The notes beneath the pieces were generated by a model. The model saw only the letters and a list, made by a program, of their open reading frames with translations, made no database searches and was not told where the DNA came from. From the NCBI RefSeq assembly GCF_006345805.1, contig NC_043003.1, positions 86,428,001 to 86,492,000 of the forward strand: a stretch of DNA of 64,000 bases. The letters are read 5' to 3'. Each line of letters opens with the position of its first letter. Positions within the stretch are counted from its first letter, which is position 1. This document shows positions 40,782-54,667 of this stretch, piece after piece. A program made the translations under genes and the position numbers. Source of the DNA: Octopus sinensis (Eukaryota).

Positions 40782-41117
40782 TATTGGGCTGGCAACGAAA
40801 TTCCCGCCGTTTTTATAAATTTCGGAATTTATTGCGTTTTTAAATTTTGGAATCTTTTTTTTTTTCGAGAATTCTATTTCTTAATCATTTTAGAATATAT
40901 TTTCTTATTTTTTCTAACTAATTTTAGTTAATTTTTGTTTATTTTAAGATCATTGAAATGGAACGTCAAGTTAAGAAAAACGAGCATTTTCGACACCTCC
41001 TTCCTTTTGCTTTTAATCAAGGTTCTAAGGCTGCAAAGGCTGCTCGCGACATTTGTGCTGTATATGGAAAGGGTGCCGTAGCTGAAAGAACCGGTCGTGA
41101 TGGTATGCCAAGTTCAT
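40782..41117 (+). mobile_element. mariner 5' fragment (TIR plus N-terminal HTH)
   Basis: TA-TTGGGCTGGCAAC start; ATG at 40958, MERQVKKNEHFRHLL.FAFNQGSKAAKAARDICAVYG. Confidence 0.8.
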
Positions 41118-41393
41118 AAAACTTTAGCTATGTTGGTACTTCTGGCTCTCATTTTTAAGTATTCTAGTGTGTCAATATTTTAACAAAATGATGGTGCGTT
41201 TTTTTTTTATTATGTTATTTTGTAAATTAAAATCAAATAATTTTTGATATTCAAATTTTATCCTTAGCTGCAATATTGTCCTGTTCTGTACTTTACCAGA
41301 TGTAATAAGTTGTCCAGAATGTCATTTTATAGGTTTATAATGTTAAGAACATTATTTCGCTTGCTCACATTTTTCCATGTGTTACATGTATGC

Positions 41394-41478
<85 letters not shown>

Positions 41479-42459
41479 GGGGGGGGAGGGTGCCTGTCTG
41501 TATGCGTACCATTTTTGGCCGTTAGTATTGGTCGACTCTTATTCAATTTCAATAACAGGAATTTATTAGTGCTCAACGTTTTCACTAATGCATTCCTATT
41601 CATAAAATTTATCTTCTAGTAACTCCATTTTCGGCTGACACACCTTTAAAGCAATTCCCAGACCGATTCGACATGACAGAAAGTGACAATGTAGAATTTG
41701 ATTTTGAATTACAATCTGAGTACAATCCAGAAAGTGACAGTCAGACAGAAACACAGTAAACTTACGAGAAAAGCAACATTGACCATGGCAAGATTTCCAT
41801 TCAGAACGTAAAAGGGACAGAAAGAGCAAACTAAAGCTAGGCTTTCTATTCTACATCTAAAATTCCAGCCATTTTATTGTCTTGAGCCGATTGTATATAC
41901 AGTACTTAACTGTATATACGGTGAATTATAAAACAACATAGCAATTTCTTTCGGTGGTTATATGGGGACAACGAGTTGGTGAGTATATTTGGAAAAAAAA
42001 TCACCTTAGTGCTTACAGTTTCATCGATTTCTTTACGGGGACGTAAACAAACCAGCTTCGGTTTTCAATGTGTGAAGGAGATAAAAACAAACACATGAAC
42101 AATTATATACACAAATACATACGCATACACAACCACACGTTTTTAGTGTTACGGAGAAGTATGCAAAAAACTGAAATTTTGAATAAATTTTGTTCCTCCA
42201 GTTAGGTAATCTATTGGTTATCTTCTAAGTCTTAGAGCTGCATGTATATAAAATCTACTGTATTTCCATCTATATTGATTTTAGATTGTATAAAATATTT
42301 ATCACATGGAGTTCTAGAGTAAATCGCAACCTGTTGTGTAATTAGTTACTTCTATATTATACACACACATATATGTGTATATATATAACATATATACATG
42401 CATACATGTATACATATATAGTTGAAAATATTGTTATAGCTTTAAATATACCATAACAA

Positions 42460-42559
42460 NNNNNNNNNNNNNNNNNNNNNNNNNNNNNNNNNNNNNNNNN
42501 NNNNNNNNNNNNNNNNNNNNNNNNNNNNNNNNNNNNNNNNNNNNNNNNNNNNNNNNNNN
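42460..42559. other. Assembly gap (100 N)
   Basis: Directly visible. Confidence 1.
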
Positions 42560-43253
42560 ATATATTTTATTTTGTTTATGTTTATAATTATTTCATTCCA
42601 TTTATTACTGTGTAGTGTAATAGTTCATATTATTAGTTTATGGGATCCGATTCTGCCATAGGTTGTGATGCGTTCGGTTTGTGTGCTAGGTTCCATTCTC
42701 GTTTGCTATTTAGGCTAGGTTTATCTTCTAAGTATGTAGCTTTTGAATTTGTCTAAGCGTTGGCAGGTCGTTAGTAAGGTGACATACAAAAAAAAGAAAG
42801 CAAGGGGCTACTGATGAGGTCACAGAAGGGTAACGAAGAACTCTTGTGCCGACTCTCACTTAATTTATCAAATTAGACACATAATTAAAAATAAAGCTGG
42901 AGCAAATGAAAACCAAATATATATGCGTATGTTTTTGTTGGCTAAACTGAAACATGACCATCCCAAAATACATATATATTATGGGTGTTGTGTGTGTGTA
43001 ATTCAAATGAGCATTCAATGCAACGTAAAACAAATAAAATAATGGACAAGTCGGGAAGAGAAGCAGATAGAGAAAAGTCCAAATAAAGAAAGAAATCGCC
43101 AACCCACGTCTGTATTACATTGCTATATATATATATATATATATAATATATATATGTATGTATGTATGTATAAATGTATATATATATCATAATATATACA
43201 TTTATACATACATATATATATATATATATATAGATATATACATTTATACATAT

Positions 43254-43291
<38 letters not shown>

Positions 43292-43351
43292 AGAAAAGAA
43301 AGAAAGAAAGATAAATAGATAGGAGATAGATAGATAGATAGATAGATAGAG

Positions 43352-43403
<52 letters not shown>

Positions 43404-43974
43404 TGATTGATAGATATTTATATATGTAGTAAGAGGCAATCTAAACACTTGGGACTATATAGCGTCATGTATTACATATTCCTACTAAATTTAGTTTCCA
43501 TTCAATATATTGTATTATATAATATAAAACGGTTATGTTATTATCCTATTAAGTTAGCGGAATGACATCACATTTCACACAACCTACTGACAGTCATATA
43601 ATCGTGTTTTGCTGATTTATTTAGGCAAGAAATGGAAGACCGGTTATCAGAAAGTAACTAAATAAATATCTGTCAAACGAATATTAGTTACGTTATGACA
43701 GTTTCAGATTGGTTTATTATATTTTTTTGTTTCTGATCAAAAGCACATTCCACTCTTTTGTATTGTCTTGTTTGTCTCTTCTGCAAATGTTATTGCGAAC
43801 ATAAATTCTCTTGAAATGCTTGATGTGTGAGAAGCATCGATTGTACTTACTAGAAATAGCATGGTTTATGTTTTTTTTCTGTTTGTAAGATTCCACTGCT
43901 ATATTTGTGCAATTTTTTTTCCTCCTTTATTATTATTTCGGCCATCGCTGTCGACGTTGACCAAAGATATCACA

Positions 43975-44490
43975 CGGGAAAATAATACAGAGACCAGTCC
44001 GATGTGTGCTCAGAAGGCTCTGCCAGCAGGTCGAGCACGGGAGGTCTGCTGAGATTGAACGCAAGGAGTTGGCTCTGGACCTGGATAGTACACGTCTTCT
44101 TTGTGCCTCTGCATACCTGTTTTGTTCGTTTTTATATTAATATATGATTGAATTCCACGCATCCTCTTCCAAGTCAGTTTTATCTGGTGCAGCTTCTCCT
44201 GGCAAGACGGTCTTGAGCTGCGTTTCTCAAGTGTCGGAGTTGATCTCAGAGTACTTTAATGAGATTATGAGTGTATCGTTTAAGCGGTTTTTCTGTCCAC
44301 CTTGCGTGCACTTGAACTCCGCTAGTCCACTGTAAAACAGTCTCTTACTAAGTCACCTGTCAAGGTAACCAGCCTACATGACTTGGGCTCTCCACTGTAG
44401 TATGTAGATGCTTTGCAGATCAGATCGTGACAAGAACTCTGTATCTGACACTTTATCTTGCCTGGTGATTCTCAACAGATTTTATCGCTG
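43975..44490 (-). mobile_element. RTE (BovB-like) LINE 3' fragment, decayed
   Basis: ITRQDKVSDTEFLSRSDL..SKRLFYSGLAE..QGGQKNRLNDTL..GRAF*AHIGL. Confidence 0.75.
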
Positions 44491-44677
44491 ATGAAGAGAA
44501 GGTTCTTATGAATTAACTCTGATATCGGGTCCGATATGATAATAACAGAATTTTTTAGAAATTTCTGTCGGATTTCTTCGAGACGCGTGCTTATAGTGAT
44601 GAATTATATGGTTATTGACGAAGTGTCTATTTTTTTCTTTTGCCCTTGTTTATAAGTGTTTATTATATATATATATA

Positions 44678-44731
<54 letters not shown>

Positions 44732-46035
44732 GTATGAGTATTTTTTCAATGTTTACAAATAACACGGAAAAAATATATAAGTAAATAGTTACCGGGGTAG
44801 CAAAAGTTCACACAAGTACCAAAGACGCAACAGCCTCCTTTTAAAGGTAAAAATTCCAGGTTTTGGTGAAATGTTTTTAGTTAACATAGATAAATAAATA
44901 AATGTAGTTAACCGCAGGTATTATTTAAATCTTTTTTACTTCCGACATATGTTTCGAAGAAAACATTGGTATTATTCCAGAAGGAATAAAATGATGTAAA
45001 ACAATGCAATCTTCTTAATCAGGGAAAGAAAGAAACCAAACACATTAGTAAGGCATTTTAACAGAACGTGATGAATGCATATATGATGAAGGGAACGCTA
45101 GCAGGTTTGCTTTTAAATTAATAGATATAACGTCAAAGGCAGTTTATATAAAGAGAAGGAGAAAGAAAGAAATTAGCAGAAAACTAATAGTGGGGAGATA
45201 TCTATTTCCAAGATTTATTCCTATTCACCTATCGCTCTATATCTTTTCACTATTATTTTTCTGCTAAATTCTTTCTTTCTCCTTCTCTTTCTATAAACTG
45301 CTTTTGGTGTTGTATCTATTGACGGATTTTTAAAAAAAAACTTGTTAACGTTGCCTTCATATACGCAGTCATCACATTTTGTTAGATTGTCTAACTGATG
45401 TGTTTGGATTCTTTTTTTCTCCGGTGAGAAGATTGCATTGTTTTACATCATTTTATTCCATCTGCCTTTCGAATGACGCCATCTTGCTGACTTGGACGTA
45501 ACGCCACTCTGTCGGAGGGTTTTCCATTTACAGCTAAGTGTAAAGAACAAAAGAGAGAGTGGACTTCTGTGGAACTCAGGAGATACAGACCAAGAATGTT
45601 CACTTCAAAGCAATCTATTTGATGCTTCACTGACTCTGCATGTTGGTCGCTTGCGTTGTGATATTTTCACCCATGTATATGTATCTCCCATTACGAATAG
45701 CCTTGTGCTCATATATGTGTAGCTATGCATTAACATATGGCTACATACATACACACACACATACATACATACATACATACATACATACATACATACATAA
45801 CATACATACATACATACATACATACATGCATATATACATACATAAATATATATATGCACATCCCAATATTTAACGCTTGCACACAGACATGCACGAATTC
45901 ACTACTGATGCTGTTTAGTATTCAAGTAAATGGATCTATGATAGAAACAGACTCTTTCCATTGGCGATGAAGGGAAAACTAAAAGTAAATAATAGCATAC
46001 ACACACACACACACACGATATATATAATATATATA

Positions 46036-46080
<45 letters not shown>

Positions 46081-46390
46081 CACCACACACATATATATAT
46101 ATATATAGATTATATATATTATATATATATAGACAGATAGATAGATAGAGAGAGAGAGAGAGACCCACACACAATGTATATATATGTTAGTAATCCGACT
46201 AGTTAATATATAAATGTTGGTAATCCGACTATTTGGGAAAGGATTTATCCTAAATGGAGATACTAAGTTTACTAAAGGGAACGCATTTAATTATTGCTAT
46301 GTTTTTACATGACACTATTCCTATATTAGTAAATCCACAAGTAATAATAATAATAATGATATATATATATATGTATATATATATATATCA

Positions 46391-46822
46391 GGAGTGGCTG
46401 TTCTTTACACAGGAGTGGCTGTGTAGTAAGTAGCTTGCTAACCAACCACATGGTTCCGGGTTCAATCCCACTGCGTGGCATCTTGGCAAGTGTTTTGCTA
46501 TAGCCCCGGGCCGACCAATGCCTTGTGAGTGGATTTGGTAGACGGAAACTGAAAGAAGTATGTCGTATATATGCATATAGATATATATCTATATATATAT
46601 ATGTATGTGTGTGGTTTGTGTGTCTGTGTTTGTCCCCCTAGCATTGCTTGACAACCGATGCTGGTGTGTTTACGTCCCCGTAACTTAGCGGTTCGGCAAA
46701 GATATACCGATAGAATAAGTACGGACTTACAAAGAACAAGTCCGGGGCCGAGTTGCTCGACTAAAGGCGGTGCTCCAGCATGGCCGCAGTCAAATGACTG
46801 AAACAAGTAAAAGAGTAAAGAG
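46391..46822 (+). mobile_element. SINE family A with duplicated first 10 nt of the head
   Basis: GGAGTGGCTG at 46391 and again at 46412, followed by a full SINE. Confidence 0.9.
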
Positions 46823-46894
46823 TATATAATATATATATATATATAGATATATATATATATATATATAATATATAGTTATATATATGTATGTATA

Positions 46895-46937
<43 letters not shown>

Positions 46938-46954
46938 TATATATATTTACATAC

Positions 46955-46999
<45 letters not shown>

Positions 47000-47007
47000 A
47001 TATATAT

Positions 47008-47097
<90 letters not shown>

Positions 47098-47481
47098 GAT
47101 AGATAGATAGATAGAAAGATAGATATACATATACACTCACATATATACATATACATATACGTGCGCGCAACACACATACGCACACACACACGCACGCACA
47201 CATTCACACATACATATATATACGTAACGACACGTGCTTTTCTCTGGACTATCTGCTTCTTCCTCCTCTTCCTCGCCTCTGGACTTGTTCCTCAATTCGT
47301 CGAGGAGTTATGCTCAAAACGTCGTTTTTCTCTTCCTTTTGTGTCTAAAAGTTTCACTACGGTTAATGTATTTGACTGTTACTTCCAATTAACTTTGTTG
47401 CTTTTTCATCCTTTACCCATGATTCCACACACACACACACACCACACATACAACACACACACACACACCACACACACACAC

Positions 47482-47525
<44 letters not shown>

Positions 47526-47913
47526 ATATATTATATATTGTTACTTGTGGATTTACTATGCTGGCAATGGTTACGTGTCAAAACATAATTAAGAAATGCG
47601 TCCGCTTAGTAAACCGTCTCCATATAGGATTAAGCTTATCCAAAATACTCGGATTAGCAACATTTATATATGCGTACATATACATACATATACCTACATA
47701 CATATGTGTGTGTGTGTGTGTGTGTGTGTGAGCTCAAACAAACAAAAAGAACGCAGCTGGGATAACGGACAGAGTCAACGACTATAGAAAAGGTTGCATG
47801 GTGCAACGAAAATTTTAGGAAAAATTAGTAGATGAGTTGAAACTTTACCGGTGAGCGTGTTAAATAATAAGCCACCAATATACATAAAGAATATATATAT
47901 ATAAGATATATAT

Positions 47914-47960
<47 letters not shown>

Positions 47961-48095
47961 GCATATTATAGTATATATATATATAATATATATATATATA
48001 TATTATATACACACACACACATATATATATATATATTATATTATATATATATATATACACAACACACAACACACCACACATATATATATACATGT

Positions 48096-48357
48096 ACTCT
48101 TTTACTTGTTGAAACAAGTCATTTGACTGCGGCCATGCAGGAGCACCCCCTTTAGTCGAGTAAATCGACCCCAGGACTCATTCTTTGTAAGCCTAGTACT
48201 TATTCTATCGGAACCTTTTGTCGAACTGCTAAGTTACGGAGACGTAAACACACCAGCATCTGTTGTAAAGCGATGTTGGACTGGGGACAGACACAGACAC
48301 ACAAACATATACATAGACACACACACACATACATACATACATACATACATACATACA

Positions 48358-48424
<67 letters not shown>

Positions 48425-48799
48425 ATATATATATATATTATTATATAGTTAATCCAAACAAGAAAACAAAAAAACACAACAACGCGAGGACGTGGAACAA
48501 ATATAGTTTTCTTGGACGCTCAGGAAAGAAGGAAAGAAGGAGGGTTTAACGTTTCGAGCGGAGCTCTTCGTCGAAAACATAGGAGAAGGAAAGATCCAGA
48601 GAAGGGAAGACAAAGGAAAAAAATCGCCAACGGTACACACGAGGTATATATACATATACACGACAGACTTCTTTCATTTTCCATCAACCAAATCCACTCA
48701 CAAGGCTTTGCTCGGCCAGAGGCTATTGTAGAAGACACTAGCCCGAGATGCCACGCAGTGGGACTGAACCCAGAACCATGTTGTTGGTAAGCAAGCTGC
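48096..48799 (-). mobile_element. SINE family A, interrupted internally by a pLTR-like element and lacking its first ~18 nt
   Basis: Body matches the consensus; head resumes at GCAGCTTGCTTACCAAC directly after the AATAAA of the ORF1-only element. Confidence 0.85.
48448..48644 (-). mobile_element. pLTR-like element with HHR-like motif (48545-48577, core UCGACGA) nested in the SINE's internal (TA)n
   Basis: Close copy of 12860-13069. Confidence 0.75.
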
Positions 48800-50165
48800 T
48801 TTATTTCATTCCATTGGCCATGAAGGCCGTATACAAAGGAAGTAGCTTGCAGGCTGGACAAATACATTAATGAGATAAGCGATGAAAATGATAGTATAAA
48901 TGGGAGAAAGCAAAAGACGCCCGCCAATCTTCTGCTTCTCTAAAACTTTGTTCTTTTGTTTTCCAAACAAAAAACAAAACTAGGTATTAAGCCTCTTACT
49001 TCAGTTCCACAATTACTGGACTTAATATTCCATTACAAATTGAGGTGGTGAGCCTCTTACAGACTATAAACAATACGAGGCACTAAGCCTCTTAATTATT
49101 TTCCGCCCCGCCGGTACCCGGCCAGGCTCAGTGCCTCACTCAAGCACCTCGATGGTGCTAGGTCGAGGCTCTTCAGCATGAAGTGGAGTGTGTCTTCGAG
49201 AAAGGAGTTCATCATCTTGCACAAATTTGTATCCCACACGACCTCCGCAGCTACCTGCGGAGGCCAATCAGAGTTCTTCCTGCAGGTTAGAATCCCTCCC
49301 CTCCTACCTTCTTTGTTAAACTGTCTTGCAAATTCTTGAATTGCCCCTCCCTTGTGGAATAGGATTACAAATTCCCCCTCTACATAGGGAGAGGCCACAG
49401 TTTCCACCGTCGGTGGCACAAATCCCACCGATGGGTTTTCGGGACATGCAGGCATTTTACTAGCAACTGCCGGCAATGCCCCGTTTTTCATTTTCTTTCT
49501 TTTCTCCTTTACGACGGGAGGGTAATTTCCTTTCCCTCCCGTCGCTTCAGGATTCCTCGCTGGGCAACCATTGTTGTCCACCTTCCTTCCTTTTTTCCTT
49601 TTTTCGAGGTGGTCTCCACCTCCTCGACTGCTTCCATCTCTCCCTCTAATGGGTGGGAGGGCGCTACTTTTATTAACTGCTACAGTCCTGGAGACTGTTC
49701 ATTTTAATGTGGCCTGGTTCCAAGCACAGGTGACACTTGGGTGGGGGCGTCCCTCAAGAATCACCGGATACCTAGAACCGGGCATTCTCAAAAAATCTGG
49801 GAAAACCAGATTATTGGCTGACCCCACCCAATCAGCCGCAGGCAACATTTTAACATTAATGAGCTTGGCTCCGCTGCCACCCAGACCCCGGCGGATAGTG
49901 TCTTCTAACCTCTCGGGTTCTATCCCGAGTGGCAGCCCACAGACCCAAGCTCTTGTTAATTTATTCCCACAATATGTGGGAAGAAACAGAATCTTTTGCC
50001 CTTCTAAGGGCTGGCTCGCAAATTTGCGAGTCACCTCAGGAGTGTCAAATAGCAACCACACCGTTGCGTAATTAACGCCCCTGGCAACAAACTTAATAAT
50101 TGGCAGATATTCTGTCAACTCTTTTTCAATTTCAATTTGAGAAAACACCCTAATGATATCGTATT
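48800..50165 (-). mobile_element. ORF1-only (HAL1-like) Tx1-related non-autonomous retroelement
   Basis: Gag-like ORF1 50148-49096 with one frameshift near 49735 restoring EGRP.KCHLCLEPGHIKMNS (zinc knuckle); stop followed by a ~295-nt UTR ending GGCCTTCATGGCCAATGGAATGAAATAAA; no ORF2. Confidence 0.72.
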
Positions 50166-50169
50166 ATGT

Positions 50170-51480
50170 GTAATAATGTTGTTTTTCTTTGGATTGTTTA
50201 TGTATGTGGAATTGTGTGTGAGTGTGTGCGTATTTTGGTTGTGTAGTTTGTTTATCTGTATGAATGTGGGTGTGTTAATATTGTTGTATATGTCGAGTTT
50301 GGTGAGTATGTATATGTATATGGTGTGTGTTTTACGTATGTATATTTGTGTGTGAATGTGTTTATGGGTTTGCTATTTAGGTTTGGGGATGTATGTGTTT
50401 ATTTGTCTGTGTGGGGTTGAGTGGGTTTTTGGAGTATATGTTGAGGTTTATATGTATGTATAGGTATGTGTAAGTGGTGTGGGTATTTGTATATGTCGTG
50501 GGTGTGTGGTTTACGTGTGTGTATTTGTGTGTGAATGTTTAGGTTAGGGGGATTGCTATATAGGTATGTTATAGGGTTTAGTAAAGGGAGATTTTATCAT
50601 TATATGTTTTTATGAGTTTTGGTTTATCATGGTAGGTTTGTTAAGGAATTCGTAGTAATTTGTGTCTATTTGCGATGTCTGTTTTATTGCATTGTTTCAT
50701 TCATAATTTTTAAGTAGTGCTCGTTTTACCAAGTGAATATAATTTTTAATTCCATTTATTCCATTTCTCCGTTCATAATTTTAAGTGATGTCCGTTTCTA
50801 GAGCGGGAATGTGGGTTGTATGTGTGTGTGTGGGAGTATGAATAAGTATCGTGTTGAAGTATTTAGCTATTTTATTTATTTATAGTTGCCTAGACGTTTT
50901 ATGTGTATGTATAGGGATATATATATAGGTGTGTGATTTAGTGTATGTAGTTAGATATGGTTATATATAATTAGTTATATGTGTATGGGTGTATATATAG
51001 TTTATTATTATATTATTATTATTTTTTTATTTTTTTATTTTTTTATTTTTTTGTTTTGTTTTGTTTTATATTTTATATTTTATATTTTATATTTTATATT
51101 TAATTGTTGATAGGTTTATTTTAGTTTATATATTGTTTATATATTGATTATATATGGATTATATATAGGTTATATATGGATTATATATTTATATTTTTTC
51201 ATTAATACTTTAATTATTTTAAAATTATTATTTTTATATTTTAAAATATTGATATTTTAGATTGGAAGTCCACCTGAAGATTGTCGATCAAGACAAGAAA
51301 CAATTGTAGTGGCGGTTTTTTTTGACTATTTATTAAAATTTTATGTATTGATTAAGTCTTTCCTTGTTTGTTTTGCAAAATAGTGGTTTTGTCTCTAATA
51401 ATATTTTATAATATTTTACTATAAAATTGGATTTAATCCCAAATCTGATTTTTTCCCTGTAAATTTGGATTTATTCCCTA
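50170..51480 (+). other. Strongly C-poor, G/T-rich tract ending in an HHR and T-rich tail; probable PLE 3' end/pLTR
   Basis: Composition directly visible; internal ~180-nt degenerate duplication (50321.. / 50500..); PLE identity is inferred. Confidence 0.45.
51270..51312 (+). ncRNA. Minimal type I hammerhead ribozyme, predicted cleavage after GUA (51308)
   Basis: CCAC CTGAAGA TTGTC GATCAA GACAA GAAAC AATT GTA GTGG: intact core, 5-bp stem II, palindromic stem III ACAATTGT, 4-bp stem I. Confidence 0.82.
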
Positions 51481-51491
51481 ATATTTATTAT

Positions 51492-51632
<141 letters not shown>

Positions 51633-51690
51633 GGTCCCGGGTTGATTCGGGGTTAACCACAGTAAATAAGGTACTCAATACATAGCAGAG

Positions 51691-51731
<41 letters not shown>

Positions 51732-52198
51732 CATATATATATATAATATTTGGATGGAATTTATAAGCATTTAAGGCATCGCTACGCGCGTTTCACAAAC
51801 CACATGTTTCTTAAGATCACAGTCCGTATTTCTGGGATGATTACAGTGCAGTCCGTAATATCTGTGAGTATCGGGTTAATCATCTTCATGGATTCATTTC
51901 ATTTAAGGCATAACTATCTTTAATAAATTCAGAAGTCAATAGGTCATTTGATATTGCTACTGTATCTATCAGATGTTGGGGCTTGTTGACTGAATTGATA
52001 AATAGTACTTTCTTATGGTTAACTTTCATTGTTTCTGGTTGTATAGTGTATAACATCTTAAATATTGGTTTGTTTGTTTATTTGTTTGGGTTCCTCCCCT
52101 GTTCTATTCTATGTTATTCGTTACAAAATTCTTCTTTTAAATTCCAGAAATGATGTCTTCTTCTTATGATTGCATTCTTAGTATAGTAAATCTACAAG

Positions 52199-52245
<47 letters not shown>

Positions 52246-52379
52246 TATACACCCGCGCGCACATACACATATACGCACATATGCTCAGAGCTAAAAGGGG
52301 GAAGACAATGAATGTGAATTCACAATTGGTATTAACAAAATTAATAAATCGAAGATAATTTCCAACCATTTAATCACTG

Positions 52380-53020
52380 CTTGAAATATAGTTATAGATG
52401 ATGAAATAATTGAGCGTATAAACCAATACACCTATCTTGGGAGTATAATTTGCTTAAAGGATAAAAATCACACCAAAGGAATTGAACGGCGTACACAATT
52501 AGGCTGGGCAGCCGTTGGTAAATTGAACCACATCAAGAGCAGTAATTTTCCTATGTGTTTCAAAAGAAAGCTTTTCAACAAGTGTATGCTGCCTACCGTT
52601 ACATATGCTTCAGAAACATATGCTACCAACAAGAACATTGAAAATAAATTATGAGCAACACAAAGAGACATGGAAAAGAGGATGCTGCTGAAGATTAAGA
52701 AAATGGGTAAGTGAAGGAACAATAGAATAAGAGTGGCAACAGGTTTAATAGATATTATTATCTGGAAAATAAAAACTCTGAAATGGTGTTTCGCAGGACA
52801 TGTGTTTAGATGAAAAGACAGTAGATGGAATAGCAAACTGATCGAGTGGACACCAAATCCGGAGAAAAAGAACAAGTATAAGACCATGCTGAAGTTGGAA
52901 TGAAGGCTTTGTGAAGTTCTTCGGTATGCAAATATAGATGAATAAAACATCAGACCGTTGTTGGTACCAGAACATACTGGGGCATTCATCCAGCAGCGGA
53001 CAGAACATGTGCAAGGGTGA
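52380..53020 (+). mobile_element. RTE-clade LINE 3' fragment, decayed
   Basis: IERRTQLGWAAVGKL..KRKLFNKCMLPTVTYASET..TQRDMEKRML..KWCFAGHVFR; ends CATTCATCCAGCAGCGGAC..GATGATG-like. Confidence 0.8.
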
Positions 53021-53157
53021 TGTATGTGTGTGTATGCAAGTATGTATGTACACACACACACACATTTATATATATATATAAATGTCCCTACTGTCCCTCT
53101 AGCGTCTGACCTCTGACCCCTGCCCGAAGTCAGAACGCCATGATAGAGCGTTAGCTC

Positions 53158-53332
53158 CTACACGAATTTTTTTTCTCTCCTTGTTTCTTTTCTGTGTATC
53201 TTTCTGTCGAAGAGCGTAGGCTCGAAACGTAAAAGACTTGTTCTATTTCTATTCCTGGGCGCTATACTAATACATTTGTTTGTTTGTACTCCACCAGCCT
53301 TCGTCTTTTGTTTATTTTCGTAAACCTTCCCG

Positions 53333-53334
<2 letters not shown>
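53158..53334 (+). mobile_element. pLTR-like element with HHR-like motif (53200-53235, core CUGUCGA)
   Basis: CTTT CTGTCGA A GAGC GTAG GCTC GAAAC GTA AAAG; same family as 37685-37905. Confidence 0.7.
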
Positions 53335-53369
<35 letters not shown>

Positions 53370-53887
53370 CATACACACACAAACACACACACACGCATAT
53401 AGATATACAGTATTTGCGTAGACAGAAACACCCATAAGGGCAGAGTTGAGACACTCAGCAGCTGCAGGTTTTTGTCGTTTTTTATTCATAAGAATTTTAT
53501 AAATTGTCAAGAAAATATGAAATAATTCTTCTGATTTTTTTTCTGTTTGGCTGCAACTGTGGAAATTGCAAAGTTTAGGGAAAATTTTAAAATTTGGTGT
53601 ATTGATGTAATTATCCACGCTGAATATATGAAACTTTTTCTAGAAAATTTTTTTTTAATGGTTAGAGGTTAAAATTTTATCATTTTTACCCTGTCAGAAC
53701 ACAGAATTTGGAAGCTCACACTTTGTGCGTGACACCACGTTCTGTCAACTATAAACAAATGAAATAATGGCGGAACTCTGCTTTACGCACGCCATGTAAC
53801 CCTTTGTAAACTTTTTATTATTTGAAATTTTCAGAAATTTTTTGCGAATCTGTATTCCACACACAAGAATTCAGACGATCTACTCTT

Positions 53888-54270
53888 TTACTATTTTAAT
53901 TGTTTCACTCATTTGACTGTGGCCATGCTGGAGTACCGCCTTTAGTTGAGCAAATCGACGCCAACACTTATACTTTGTAAATCTAGTACTTATTTTATCG
54001 GAATCTTTTGCCGAACCGCTAAGTTACGGGGACGTAAACACACCAGCATCGATTGTCAAACGATGTTAGGGGGTCAAACAAACTTATACTCACACACATA
54101 CATATATACGACAGGCTTCTTTCAGTTTCTGTCTACCAGATCCACTCACAAGGCTTTGGTCGGGCCGAGACTATAGTAGAAGATAGCTGCCTATGTTGCC
54201 ACGCAGTGGGACTGAACCTGAAATCATGTGATTCGTAAGCAAGCTACTTACCACACAGACACTCCTACGC
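53888..54270 (-). mobile_element. SINE family A
   Basis: Reverse complement of the consensus. Confidence 0.85.
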
Positions 54271-54667
54271 CTATTTTTTAACATGCAAAAAAAAAAAAAA
54301 AGAATTGGTGCGTGATTTAAGACCAATTTAGTTACCGTCTTTAGCACATCTCACAACTACCTTTTACCGTGTAAGTAAACAGCTTGGTAACAGCTATGGA
54401 AACAGGTATGAATGTGTCTGTGGCTTACGATTGGCTAAAATTACCCAAAATTTGCAAATTTTAAATTATATTAACTTTTTTTATTTATTGACTTATGGTG
54501 AAAATGTAGTTCATGTCAATGATTAGCATACAAAACGATATCATTGCACCAAATATGAAATCAATTGGAACAGAAATTGAAGAATTGGAAGGTGACAGCC
54601 TAACAGAAAAGATCTAATTCGTTTTTGGAACTAGTGGATCTCGAAGCATAGATTAAGCTGTAAATAA

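Noticed and set aside
41640-41760. Acidic stretch MTESDNVEFDFELQSEYNPESDS resembling a piggyBac N-terminus
   Set aside because: Too short, stops immediately, and no TTAA/TIR support.
42805-42845. CTGATGAG..CGAAG hammerhead-like string near a possible PLE remnant
   Set aside because: Stem II does not pair, GAAA is mutated, and no stem I/III closure is found.
47290-47335. GAG TTATG CTC AAAAC GTC motif
   Set aside because: Both core strands are mutated; probably a decayed pLTR, too weak to call.
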